Numbered from the whole stretch's first letter, positions 1 through 11,472 are shown. The stretch is 63,926 bases of DNA, filler included, from Lama guanicoe (GCA_013239625.1; 156 parts of 156 records of this genome joined end to end with filler, not necessarily neighbours in it); one strand, 5' to 3'. Notes: generated from the sequence alone by a model not told the origin. Numbers and translations are program-made.

Positions 1-309
1 TACCCTTATTTCCTAACCTATACCTGGGTTTTCATTTTACTATTCTCCTTTAAATGGTACCTCTATATGTTAATCCAATCTTACATGCATGCTTTTCATT
101 AAAAAACAAAATCAGCCACACTCGAAGCTGAAATGTGACTGAAAAAATTAGAAATGGAGTAGAAGTAAGCTTAAATGTTGGAACCAGGGAGAAAAGTGGC
201 AGCAGGTTAACCCTGTGGAGACATGGACACAAATCTCCCATGCATGGGAAGGAGTGGGGACAATCTGCTGTTTGCTCTGTCACAAATCAAAACATAAAAA
301 TCATTAGGC

Positions 310-409
310 NNNNNNNNNNNNNNNNNNNNNNNNNNNNNNNNNNNNNNNNNNNNTTAATTAATTAANNNNNNNNNNNNNNNNNNNNNNNNNNNNNNNNNNN
401 NNNNNNNNN
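310..409. other. Artificial contig spacer N44-TTAATTAATTAA-N44 (first of about 155 identical copies, one every ~410 bp)
   Basis: N310-353, TTAATTAATTAA 354-365, N366-409; same 100-bp block recurs to the end of the window; palindromic 12-mer has TAA in all six frames. Confidence 0.99.
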
Positions 410-1399
410 CCTGACCCAGAGGTCAAAAGAAAATAAGTTACAAAAGTAGGAAATAAATAAGAATTTAAATGCTGTCTGTTGCCTTAGTCTTTAGCTGAGA
501 CATTGATTCAAGTAAACAAACTCTAAAGTCTCTTCCTGGTTTACCATTGTGTTGAAGCTAAGTCAGAATCATGCTTTCCTCCAACACCTGCAAACAATGT
601 AGCCACTTTTCTTAGTTTGCCCTTCAGAAAGGTCACACCAGAATAAGAAGTACAAAAAAAGATAGTAACTTTCAGGTTGTGTTTCAAAAGCTTCTAGATT
701 TGGCCTCTGAAATGTCGANNNNNNNNNNNNNNNNNNNNNNNNNNNNNNNNNNNNNNNNNNNNTTAATTAATTAANNNNNNNNNNNNNNNNNNNNNNNNNN
801 NNNNNNNNNNNNNNNNNNCCTTTCCTGGGCTGGCAAGAGGAGTCCAGAGTGAGCGCACAAAGTCACACCGATGATCCAGCCTCAAGGGAAGGTTCTGAAA
901 AATCTCATTTTCTCCAAATGTATCTTGGAATTCTCAGAGGCGTCCAACTGTCATGCATTGAGTAGCGCTCTGGAGTTTCAGAGTTTTCCTATTAAGTTTT
1001 CTGGGACCCTAAAGGTGAGGGTCCAAGGTGTAGAGGTGGGATAAAGGTCAAAGTATTGAGATCAAGACCCAAAAGAGCACCCTCATAAACTACTATGGAT
1101 TTCATTATCACGTGATCTATCCTTGGAANNNNNNNNNNNNNNNNNNNNNNNNNNNNNNNNNNNNNNNNNNNNTTAATTAATTAANNNNNNNNNNNNNNNN
1201 NNNNNNNNNNNNNNNNNNNNNNNNNNNNGCAGAGCCTGGAGGAGGAGAGAGAGCCAGCCTGTGCACACGCAGAGCAAGAGCTCCAGGCCGCGGTAAGGGC
1301 AAGCGCGGGGCCCCAGGGAGGAGACTGGCCAGCGACCAGAGAGTAAAGGACAGAGGCAGAGAGAGCAGGGAGGAGACGACAGGACACGTGTTAGGAGAG

Positions 1400-1537
1400 G
1401 GCGGCGGGGCCAGGTCTTGCAGAGCTTGGGGACCAGCGTCGGGAGTTCAGATTGTGTTCTGAGTGCCCAGGAAAGGTGATGATGTGTTTTCCAGATGAAC
1501 GTGGCATGATCTGATTTCTGTGTCAACATGATCACTC
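1400..1537 (-). mobile_element. Degenerate L2 LINE fragment
   Basis: GGGGCCAGGTCTTGCAGAGC...GGAGTTCAGATT...GTGGCATGATCTGATTT...GATCACTC resembles the recalled antisense L2 3' region. Confidence 0.5.
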
Positions 1538-1638
1538 NNNNNNNNNNNNNNNNNNNNNNNNNNNNNNNNNNNNNNNNNNNNTTAATTAATTAANNNNNNN
1601 NNNNNNNNNNNNNNNNNNNNNNNNNNNNNNNNNNNNNC

Positions 1639-1772
1639 TTTTTTTTTTTTTTTTTTGGTGGGGGAAGGTAATAAGGTTTATTTATTTATTTTTAGAGGAG
1701 GTACTGGGGAATGAACCCAGGACCTTGGGCATGCTAAGCATGCGCTCTACCACTTGAGCTATACCCTCCCCC
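1639..1772 (-). mobile_element. tRNA-Ala-derived SINE, camelid vic-1 type, full length with poly(A)
   Basis: Reverse complement GGGGGAGGGTATAGCTCAAGTGGTAGAGCGCATGCTTAGCATGCCCAAGGTCCTGGGTTCATTCCCCAGTACCTCC (A and B boxes, tRNA-Ala-like), then AAAT-rich linker, TTACCTTCCCCC and A-tail. Confidence 0.9.
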
Positions 1773-1784
1773 TCCCATTTCCTA

Positions 1785-1930
1785 CATTTTAAAGGTAAAA
1801 TTTACAGTGAAATGCACGCATCATAAGTGTACACGTGGATGAGTTCTGACATATGCAAACACCCATATAACCCACAGGATATAAAACACTTCCACCACCA
1901 GAAATTTCCCTCACCACCACTTTTATCACC
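1785..1930 (-). mobile_element. Old L1M 3'UTR fragment
   Basis: AGTGAAATGCAC...TAAGTGTACA...TGAGTTCTGACATATGCAAACACCCATATAACC matches the recalled antisense L1MB/MC 3' end. Confidence 0.65.
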
Positions 1931-2867
1931 TGTCGCTTTTGCCTTCNNNNNNNNNNNNNNNNNNNNNNNNNNNNNNNNNNNNNNNNNNNNTTAATTAATT
2001 AANNNNNNNNNNNNNNNNNNNNNNNNNNNNNNNNNNNNNNNNNNNNAACTTTCATATATTTCCAACATCTGAACTATGGAAGCATTGGTTTTTCTACTGC
2101 CCAAAAAACTGAAGACTGCAGCATTTGCCTCAAAAATTGCAGAAGGCTTTGTGTTAGCCACATATGACTTAGGGTTATTGTTGTGTTTAGTTAAGATAGA
2201 GCAGGGAATAGATTCATATTGAGTGGGGTTTGAGAGGGAAAATGAGTTACCATTAAAAGGCAGAATACAAAATTGACGTGTACTCAGGCCTTTCAATTAT
2301 GAAAATTAGAAAAGCGGTAAGATTGTAGATAAGCAATCCTTCTACCTTCTACCAAANNNNNNNNNNNNNNNNNNNNNNNNNNNNNNNNNNNNNNNNNNNN
2401 TTAATTAATTAANNNNNNNNNNNNNNNNNNNNNNNNNNNNNNNNNNNNNNNNNNNNTAGTGGCCACCCCAGTTTACATTCCCACCAACATTTCACTACAA
2501 ATTTCATGGCAGTAATTTGGTCTGCCACATTTCTTTAGCTAGTTTTGTTTGCAGGACTTGGCTGTCATTTGGAAAAAAAAGGTAACATACCCTAGCCTAT
2601 AAGGTGTTTTCATCTTTTGCTCACTAGTTCTCATGTTCTCTTTTCCTTCTATATTTGTGGGAAGATCACATGGCTTGGATCTTTTGCATTTGTTAACTCG
2701 TTTCGGACAGTGGGTTGTAGGCAGAGCTTTTAATTGCAGGTTTGAGACATTTCCTGTTTTGTGTGTNNNNNNNNNNNNNNNNNNNNNNNNNNNNNNNNNN
2801 NNNNNNNNNNTTAATTAATTAANNNNNNNNNNNNNNNNNNNNNNNNNNNNNNNNNNNNNNNNNNNNT

Positions 2868-3176
2868 GATATCTGCTATATCTCCGTCATTGTGCCCAAA
2901 TCCATCGTAAACTCTCTGACCAAAAGCCATTCCATCTCTTTCCTGGGATGTGCCTCCCAAATTTTTCTTTTTATTTTTTTCGCTGGCACAGAGTACGCCC
3001 TCCTCATAGTCATGTCCTATGACCGCTATGTTGCCATCTGCCAGCCTCTGTACTATGAGGCCATCATGAATAGAGGCACCTGTTGGCAGATGGTGACGGC
3101 GGCATGGTCCAGTGGGTGTGTCTATGGATCCATTCACGTGGCAGGTACGTTCTCTGTCCGCTTCTGTGGGCCCTAC
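2868..3176 (+). CDS. Olfactory receptor fragment (TM2-ECL2), class II, OR14-family-like; truncated by both contig ends
   Basis: Open frame of 103 codons: DICYISVIVPKSIVNSL...SISFLGCASQIF...MSYDRYVAICQPLYYEAIMNRGTC...FSVRFCGP; MxYDRYVAICxPL is the OR hallmark; VPKSIxNSL and MSYDRY are typical of OR14. Confidence 0.95.
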
Positions 3177-3276
3177 NNNNNNNNNNNNNNNNNNNNNNNN
3201 NNNNNNNNNNNNNNNNNNNNTTAATTAATTAANNNNNNNNNNNNNNNNNNNNNNNNNNNNNNNNNNNNNNNNNNNN

Positions 3277-3584
3277 ACAGAACCCAGAATTTAGAACATG
3301 GAATTAAGAACACAGAATTTACAATATAGAATACAGAATTCAAAATATAGAACGTAGGATACAGAATGTAGAACACAGAACATAGAATATAGTATACAGA
3401 ATGCAGAACCCAGAAATTTGAACATGGAAGGCAGAACACAGAATTTAGAATATAGATTACAGAACACAGAATATAGGATATAAAATACAGAATGTTGAAA
3501 TCAGAATATAAATATAGAATACAGAATACAGAATGTAGAATGTAGAATATAGAATGAAGAACATAGAATATAGAATATAGAATG
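3277..3584 (+). repeat. Heptamer satellite (AGAATAY)n with higher-order structure
   Basis: Whole contig consists of AGAATAT/AGAATAC/AGAACAC/AGAATGT variants; AGAACCCAGAA..T.GAACATGGAA motif recurs at 126 bp (CATGG at 3297 and 3423). Confidence 0.92.
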
Positions 3585-3684
3585 NNNNNNNNNNNNNNNN
3601 NNNNNNNNNNNNNNNNNNNNNNNNNNNNTTAATTAATTAANNNNNNNNNNNNNNNNNNNNNNNNNNNNNNNNNNNNNNNNNNNN

Positions 3685-3800
3685 TCTGTAGACTTTGGGT
3701 ATATGGACATTTTAACAATATTAACTTTTTCAGTCCATGTGGATGGAATATCTTTTCATTTATTCCTGTTGTTTTCAGTTTCTCTCATTGAAGTCTTACA
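3685..3800 (-). mobile_element. LINE-1 ORF2 fragment
   Basis: TTTGGGTATATGGACATTTTAACAATATTAAC...GGAATATCTTTTCATTTATT is antisense of the L1 ORF2 [18 protein letters not shown] region. Confidence 0.85.
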
Positions 3801-4094
3801 CAGTATTATGGATATTGTTCACCTGAACTTGAGTGTGCATCAATTGAGGTGAAACAAATGACTAGTTGGATATTGTAATTCAATTATTCCCTGTGCCTTT
3901 GAGAATCAGATTTGCCAGTGAGGAAGAAAGGAGAAACAGATGTCCCAGAAGAGGTTAAGTAAAAATCTCACAGTTCTCAATTTGAATCGGATGTNNNNNN
4001 NNNNNNNNNNNNNNNNNNNNNNNNNNNNNNNNNNNNNNTTAATTAATTAANNNNNNNNNNNNNNNNNNNNNNNNNNNNNNNNNNNNNNNNNNNN

Positions 4095-4404
4095 GTCCCA
4101 CACGGGGTATGCATGTGACTTTCTAATTTCTTCAGTATACACAGGCACTTTGGGATGCCCTAATTTTCCGTAAAAAATTCCTTCCCAGATTTTTCTCACA
4201 GGCTTTCACTTTTGTATTGTTTGTGTCAACTGCAATCTTCTTCCTCCATGTGGCTGCAGGTTGGTCGTTTGTCTTATAATGTTTTGAGAAATGCCTGCTG
4301 TTTTATCATCCTTAGTGAGTTCTAAGCTATGAAAAACAGAGGCAAGCACTTTGTGCCAGTCCTGCAGGGAGCCCCACAAGTTGGAATAGACACATTCTTT
4401 TGGA
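4095..4404 (-). mobile_element. Old L1M 5' region fragment
   Basis: GCATGTGACTTTCTAATTTC...TCAACTGCAATCTT...GTGAGTTCTAAGCTATGAAAAACAGAGGCAAGCAC resembles recalled antisense L1M 5'-end consensus. Confidence 0.55.
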
Positions 4405-4504
4405 NNNNNNNNNNNNNNNNNNNNNNNNNNNNNNNNNNNNNNNNNNNNTTAATTAATTAANNNNNNNNNNNNNNNNNNNNNNNNNNNNNNNNNNNNNNNN
4501 NNNN

Positions 4505-4812
4505 ATTTGGGTTGTTTCCATGTCTTAGCTATTGTAAATAGTGCTGCTATGAAAATTGGGGTGCATGTATCTTTTTCCATTAGAGTTCCTTCTGGATATA
4601 TGCCCAGGAATGGGATGGCTGGACCATATGGTAAGTAAATTTTTAGTTTTTTGAGGAATCTCCATACTATTTTCCATAATGGCTATACCAAACTACATTC
4701 CCACCAGCAGTGTAGGAAGGTTCCCTTTTCTACACACCTTCTCCAGCATTAAAGTTTGTGGACTTTTTAATGATGACCATTCTGACTGGTGTGAGGTGAA
4801 ACCTCATTGTAG
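4505..4812 (-). mobile_element. LINE-1 ORF2 C-terminal fragment
   Basis: GTTGTTTCCATGTCTTAGCTATTGTAAATAGTGCTGC...ACATTCCCACCAGCAGTGTAGGAAGGTTCCC...TGACTGGTGTGAGGTGA. Confidence 0.95.
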
Positions 4813-5732
4813 NNNNNNNNNNNNNNNNNNNNNNNNNNNNNNNNNNNNNNNNNNNNTTAATTAATTAANNNNNNNNNNNNNNNNNNNNNNNNNNNNNNNN
4901 NNNNNNNNNNNNAATAAAACTGTTGAAGTATTAAATGAGTATTTCCCAATGTATTTATAAAAAATAGCATTAATGGGTCAAGAACTGAAAATTCCTAATT
5001 AATATATATTTCACTAACTCATGAAGAGTCAGTATTTTAAATGGACTTTCTAATTTGCCTCCAGCAAATCTGATGATACTAAAAATTAAAATTTCTATGA
5101 TTTTTACTGATCCTATAGAGCTTTATAGTTTTTTTAAAAATGTTAAAATACAATGACAGATTTAGCAAAAGCTGATTTAAAGCCTTCATCAATTTGATGT
5201 TAACACTAGCAAAGTAATTTCANNNNNNNNNNNNNNNNNNNNNNNNNNNNNNNNNNNNNNNNNNNNTTAATTAATTAANNNNNNNNNNNNNNNNNNNNNN
5301 NNNNNNNNNNNNNNNNNNNNNNCCCGTTCTCGGAGCGGGTGGTGCAGTTTGATCTGTGTCTGTGCGGTGATTTGCCTTTCTCCAGGCTCCCCTCTCTGCT
5401 CCGCGAACACAGGCCTGCAGACAGCGTCCCTCCTGGGCTTAGAGTGGCGCCGATGGTGTCTCCGTCCTGGGTGGGCTTGGGGACGGAAGGGCCTGTCCGG
5501 GGGTGACAGTTCTCTGAGTTCTGGCTCAAGACACAAGAATTATTTAAAGTGAGTCTCAGTCCTCCCCTAGTCTGTGCCTTTTAAGAGAAGAGTGTTGTAT
5601 TTTCTGTCATCTTGTCTCTCCTTGTACCGACTNNNNNNNNNNNNNNNNNNNNNNNNNNNNNNNNNNNNNNNNNNNNTTAATTAATTAANNNNNNNNNNNN
5701 NNNNNNNNNNNNNNNNNNNNNNNNNNNNNNNN

Positions 5733-6042
5733 TTCTCAGTGTGTTTCCTAGTGCCGGTTTTATGTTCCTGTAGTTCTCAGTGTAAAAGAGTTTTTGAGCT
5801 AGTATCTCCCCATATATAATATGTAGTGGAATCTCCCACTGAAGAGAAACTTTTTGTTCCCCACAAGCTATTTGAAAAACAGCTTTCACACACACTTATT
5901 TCTCAAAACTGAGCATTTGGAGAGACATTCTTTCATTTAGCACAAAGGGAATGTGTTGCAAGTGTAACAATTACTCTGGATTCGCAGTCTGTATCCTTGT
6001 GCCGGTTTGAATTTCATGCAGTTTTCTCTGAAAAACAAAGTT
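5733..6042 (+). repeat. ~248-bp satellite DNA, about 1.25 monomers
   Basis: GTGCCGGTTT at 5751 and 5999 (period 248); shares CTCCCCATATATA, GGAGAGAC.TTC and AGCACAAAGGG motifs with 7373-7682 and 29509-29818. Confidence 0.85.
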
Positions 6043-6962
6043 NNNNNNNNNNNNNNNNNNNNNNNNNNNNNNNNNNNNNNNNNNNNTTAATTAATTAANN
6101 NNNNNNNNNNNNNNNNNNNNNNNNNNNNNNNNNNNNNNNNNNTTGTGAAAAACTCCCCCAAAGTTCTGATATGGCATGCCCAAGGGATATTTGGAATTGG
6201 GTAATGAAATAATTTCTAAGCCCAGTCAAGGAAATAATTGTGTAGTCTTCCAAGGAAAGCATGACTATATCAACAGACTTCAAGAGAAAAACATGACGCC
6301 ATTATTTATATAATCAAAAGCAATAACTTGACTAAAATTAATTATATTATATTCTATCTATATTATATTATATTCTGTCTCAAGAACTGTGTTGACTTCC
6401 AGATCATAATGATAGATTACTGCATCTAATCTCTCACCACAATTCCCACTGANNNNNNNNNNNNNNNNNNNNNNNNNNNNNNNNNNNNNNNNNNNNTTAA
6501 TTAATTAANNNNNNNNNNNNNNNNNNNNNNNNNNNNNNNNNNNNNNNNNNNNCTGGCAAATTCCATCCTGGCCCCTCCACCAACTCCTCCTTCACATCTT
6601 GTTCTCCTCCCCTCTGTGTTTCTATGTGTACTTCTACCTCCAAAATTTACCTTTTGCTATTTTCTCAGTTTGGGATGTGCACTTTCTTCCTTGACTCAGC
6701 TCATGGGCTCATCTCAGCCCCTGTGGAGTCCACTGCAGGGACCTACTGCAGCAGATGGCAGGGGAGGGAAAGTCTCTGGACAGTGGTGGGAAGGACAGGA
6801 GGCCTCTGTGGTGCTCCACGTCCTAGGTGTAGAGCCTTGGTGGTGACTGATCAGGATGTGAANNNNNNNNNNNNNNNNNNNNNNNNNNNNNNNNNNNNNN
6901 NNNNNNTTAATTAATTAANNNNNNNNNNNNNNNNNNNNNNNNNNNNNNNNNNNNNNNNNNNN

Positions 6963-7272
6963 AAATAGATAAATTTCTAGAAAACACAGTCTTTCAAAAC
7001 TGAACCATGAATATATAGAAACTTTGAGTAGACCAATTTACTAGTAAGTAGATTAAATTAATAGTCAGAAGCCTCCTAACAATAAAAAGTCTGGGACCAG
7101 ACAGCTTTACTGGTAAATCCTGCAAATTATTCAAGGGTGATTTAGTGTTATCCTTCTCAAAATCTTCCAGAAAATGAAGAGAAAAGAATGTTTCCAATTA
7201 ATTTTAAAAGACCAGCATTTCCTTGATACCAAAATGAGACAATTACACCTCACACAAAACAATTATAGGCCC
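6963..7272 (+). mobile_element. LINE-1 ORF2 fragment (Z-domain/pre-RT), degenerate
   Basis: AAAAGTCTGGGACCAGACAGCTTTACTGGTAAAT corresponds to KSPGPDGFTGEF; followed by CCAGCATTTCCTTGATACCAAAA. Confidence 0.9.
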
Positions 7273-7372
7273 NNNNNNNNNNNNNNNNNNNNNNNNNNNN
7301 NNNNNNNNNNNNNNNNTTAATTAATTAANNNNNNNNNNNNNNNNNNNNNNNNNNNNNNNNNNNNNNNNNNNN

Positions 7373-7682
7373 ATTAGGAGCTTATACCTCCCCATATATA
7401 TATAAGTAGTGTACTATCCTATGAAAAGAAAATTTGTGTTCCCAACATGCTATGTGAAGAACGTCTTTCATGCACAATTTTGTCTCAGAATTGAGTATGT
7501 GGAGAGACTTTCGTACATCAAGCACAAAAGGGAGTGGTTTGAAAGAAATACAATTACTCTAATTTTTTAGTCTGTTTAGTATTGTCGGTTTGAAATTCCT
7601 GAAATTTTCACTGTAGCCAAGATTGGGAGTTAGATTCTCCCCATATATATATATGAATTGTAATTTCCCAATGAAAAGAATC
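7373..7682 (+). repeat. ~249-bp satellite DNA, same family as 5733-6042
   Basis: CTCCCCATATATA at 7388 and 7637 (period 249); ATGAAAAGAA repeated in phase. Confidence 0.88.
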
Positions 7683-8192
7683 NNNNNNNNNNNNNNNNNN
7701 NNNNNNNNNNNNNNNNNNNNNNNNNNTTAATTAATTAANNNNNNNNNNNNNNNNNNNNNNNNNNNNNNNNNNNNNNNNNNNNCCACAAGTGAAATAAGCT
7801 AAAGTATAAGTAATTCAGTTACAAAATTCTGCAATATGCTTTAAAAATCATGGAAAGTGTTGCTCAAGGGAAGAAGAAGTCACCATGCAGTTGTTCACTG
7901 GGCGTTGTTGGTTTATGTCTATTTTAACTGAAGAATATCACAAGCGAATGAGTGCCGTGCTATCAGGTACACTCAGACATACATTGTGTGCCATTTCCCT
8001 GAACAAACAGTCATAAACATCGAAGAACAGGCAGTGGTTTGTGTTTACCTATTAAATGTAAACTGAATGAGGCAGAAAATTATACCAAAATANNNNNNNN
8101 NNNNNNNNNNNNNNNNNNNNNNNNNNNNNNNNNNNNTTAATTAATTAANNNNNNNNNNNNNNNNNNNNNNNNNNNNNNNNNNNNNNNNNNNN

Positions 8193-8502
8193 CACCACAC
8201 ATCCTTAATTACATCAGTTACCCCCAGTCCTCCAACGACCCCCAAAACGTCAGCTAATACCTCTCTATGACTCCCTTTTGTGATGCAAACTGCCACCTCT
8301 CCCTGCCCTCCTAAACACTTCTGCTGTGTCCTCCCACTCCATAAGAAGAACTACAAAACTCCCCTCAGGACATTCCACTCACCTCTTGCTTTCATCTAGC
8401 TGTCCCCTGAGGCCCTCTTGAGTGGTTATCTGTTTCATCTTTCACATCTCCATATCTCAGGCTTGGATAATTGTGAAGGATTAATATGGATAATTGTGTT
8501 TC
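8193..8502 (+). repeat. Near-duplicate of contig 34849-35159 (assembly bubble or recent paralogue)
   Basis: Same start and end as 34849-35159; 9 substitutions and 1 indel; first and last 49 nt identical. Confidence 0.95.
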
Positions 8503-10242
8503 NNNNNNNNNNNNNNNNNNNNNNNNNNNNNNNNNNNNNNNNNNNNTTAATTAATTAANNNNNNNNNNNNNNNNNNNNNNNNNNNNNNNNNNNNNNNNNN
8601 NNCTAAATTCCTAAAGATTTGAGCTCTCTGCTGATATTCTTGAAAGACAGAGACACATATCAGATTCCCTAACTAGGACTTCAGACATGGAAGAGAAAGC
8701 ATGAAGACACTGAGAGACCTGGGAGAAGAAAATTTCAGAGCGGACAGAATATTGGACCTATGACTGGTAAGTCTTATAACTCAACCATCTCCTTGGAGGA
8801 ATGAGTAAACAAAAAGCCTCAGAGGATGTGCCAAAGATCCTTGAACTTGGAATAAGAATCCTTGCCATTCCCTGTGTGTCTTTGGGAAAGGGATTCCATT
8901 CTCAGAGGTTGTNNNNNNNNNNNNNNNNNNNNNNNNNNNNNNNNNNNNNNNNNNNNTTAATTAATTAANNNNNNNNNNNNNNNNNNNNNNNNNNNNNNNN
9001 NNNNNNNNNNNNCAGCATGCTCCCTAGCACTTCACTGCCCTTTCTTCCCAAGTTACACAGTTCTCACAATCAAAAGAGTTTTAAGGGTGAGCTATCTAAG
9101 GAGTGCTGAGAAGCTGGAGAAGTTGCGACGGGAGGGGAGAGTTGCCGAGGGTGAAGATGTGCAGGACAGAACCAGAGGCCGTCTGTGTAATCATATGTAT
9201 CGGCCACCACCTGCGTGCCAAGGACACCTCGCACACGTGGGTCACTGTCACAGAGACGGGGTGGAGGGAAGAGGAGGTCGTCCTCTCCAGATTGCTTCTG
9301 TTTTAAAGGCCATATATGAAAANNNNNNNNNNNNNNNNNNNNNNNNNNNNNNNNNNNNNNNNNNNNTTAATTAATTAANNNNNNNNNNNNNNNNNNNNNN
9401 NNNNNNNNNNNNNNNNNNNNNNCAGGATTCATGGGGCTGGATGGGAGGGAGGGCATGGGGAGTCCATCCTGACTGGAGTGAAAAGTGGGGACTCCCAGGG
9501 GAGCATTCAGGTCTCAGAGGTGGGACACTCCAGGGGCATGAGGCCATCCAGGTGTAGGACTGATTGGGGAAGGAACACACTTGCTTCTATGGGATGCTGC
9601 ATAGTATCCCCTGGATACACTGAGATGGCACAAATGATGGGAAGAAGGAAAGTGCCCTGCTCGTCTGTCTCTGGTCCACGGGGGCAGGTTCAGAACCAGG
9701 AGCACTGACAGTCGTGAAGCTGAGTTGATGCTNNNNNNNNNNNNNNNNNNNNNNNNNNNNNNNNNNNNNNNNNNNNTTAATTAATTAANNNNNNNNNNNN
9801 NNNNNNNNNNNNNNNNNNNNNNNNNNNNNNNNGGGGCAAAACCTGCATCCTCTCCTAAGGACTTAGCAGCCTCAAAAGCCAGATGGGGCTTGTCTACAGT
9901 CTGAGGCAGAAAGGATACTTCTGTCATTTTTCCTCAGAAAACTTGCTTGCCTAGACAAACATGGAGCTGAGTTTTGGCCCAAACAGTGACAGCTCTGTTC
10001 CTAAGTCTACCCTAATCCCAATTACGGTGTGCAAACCTGAGGCGGAGTATTCAGTGGCACAGAGCAATGGAGAGACTGGCACCCTGAGGTGGTTGGTGGC
10101 CCCCCAAATTTTGGGGTTGAATGCAGCCTCTGACCATGGTGCNNNNNNNNNNNNNNNNNNNNNNNNNNNNNNNNNNNNNNNNNNNNTTAATTAATTAANN
10201 NNNNNNNNNNNNNNNNNNNNNNNNNNNNNNNNNNNNNNNNNN

Positions 10243-10552
10243 TAAGAAAAGAAAATGGAGAAATTACAACAAATAACATAGAAATACAGAACAGCATATG
10301 AGAATATTATGAAAAAGTATATGGAACTGAAATGGATAACCGAGAAGAAACATACAGTCCACCAAGACTGAATCAAGATGAAACTGACCACTTGAACAAT
10401 CGATCACTAGAAATGAAATAGAATTAGCAATACAAATCTCCCGACAAATAAAAGTCCAGGACTGGTCGGCTACACTGGGGACTTCTACCAAACATATAAA
10501 GACGAACTCATACCCGTCCTTCTCAAACTCTTCCAGAAGACTGAAAAGGAGG
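10243..10552 (+). mobile_element. LINE-1 ORF2 fragment
   Basis: CCAAGACTGAATCAAGA...AAAAGTCCAGGACTGGTCGGCTACACTGGGGACTTCTACCAAACATATAAAGA...CTTCTCAAACTCTTCCAGAAG. Confidence 0.93.
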
Positions 10553-10734
10553 NNNNNNNNNNNNNNNNNNNNNNNNNNNNNNNNNNNNNNNNNNNNTTAA
10601 TTAATTAANNNNNNNNNNNNNNNNNNNNNNNNNNNNNNNNNNNNNNNNNNNNCAGACCCTAGAAGAGCATGACCCCATCCTGCTAGCTGACCGCTACTGT
10701 CCGCACTGCTCGCAAGCTCTGGCGCAGCCAGCCG

Positions 10735-10835
10735 CTGCGCTGGAAAGGCCCACGTGGCAAAGAGCTGAGGTCAGCGCCCGAGCCACAGCCAGCAAGAGAC
10801 TGAGGCCACCAGTCTGACCGCCCACAGGGAGCCAC
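10735..10835 (+). mobile_element. MaLR LTR (MLT1E/F-like) fragment
   Basis: GGCCCACGTGGCAAAGAGCTGAGG...CAGCCAGCAAGAGACTGAGGCC..CAGTC resembles recalled MLT1E/F core. Confidence 0.6.
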
Positions 10836-11472
10836 TCAGGCCTCTTTCCTAAGGCAGCCCATCTTGATGACACATACCCTGCTTTCCTTTACCAGCACGC
10901 ATGTCAGGCTCTCTCTCTATCTGAGTTGTTCTCCTCTCCCTCCATCCAGGAGCCCAGCAGGGNNNNNNNNNNNNNNNNNNNNNNNNNNNNNNNNNNNNNN
11001 NNNNNNTTAATTAATTAANNNNNNNNNNNNNNNNNNNNNNNNNNNNNNNNNNNNNNNNNNNNCTCTGGATTCTCCAGTTTGCAGGGAGGGGAGGTGTGAG
11101 TCTCTGTCAGGCGTCGGGGGGACCTGGGTCTGGCTGGACTCATATGCCCTTCCAACCTGCGCCAGACCTGCCTCGAAGCTTCCTGCAGGGCCTCACCGTC
11201 TGCCAGACTGGAGCGCCACCCGCGTCCCCCCCCAACTTCAGAGTCCTCGGGACGGGACAGCACTGTCTCCCAGCTGCTGGCCTCTCAATCTCCTGCCACC
11301 CTGAGATTGTCCCCTGGGGCCCGTGGCCTGCAGGGCTGCGCAGCCGCTGAGCTAGGGAGCCCCCTGGTTCCCNNNNNNNNNNNNNNNNNNNNNNNNNNNN
11401 NNNNNNNNNNNNNNNNTTAATTAATTAANNNNNNNNNNNNNNNNNNNNNNNNNNNNNNNNNNNNNNNNNNNN

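Noticed and set aside
354..365. TTAATTAATTAA recurring every ~410 bp, resembling a CRISPR-like repeat-spacer array or regular regulatory motif
   Set aside because: Always embedded in exactly 44+44 Ns; synthetic six-frame stop linker, not genomic sequence; no cas genes; eukaryotic DNA
3221..3439. Hydrophobic repetitive ORF (also 12245-12457) resembling a membrane protein
   Set aside because: It is the antisense translation of the heptamer satellite
5445..5453. TGGCGCCGA resembling a tRNA-Lys primer-binding site
   Set aside because: Only a short partial match and not preceded by an LTR-terminal CA
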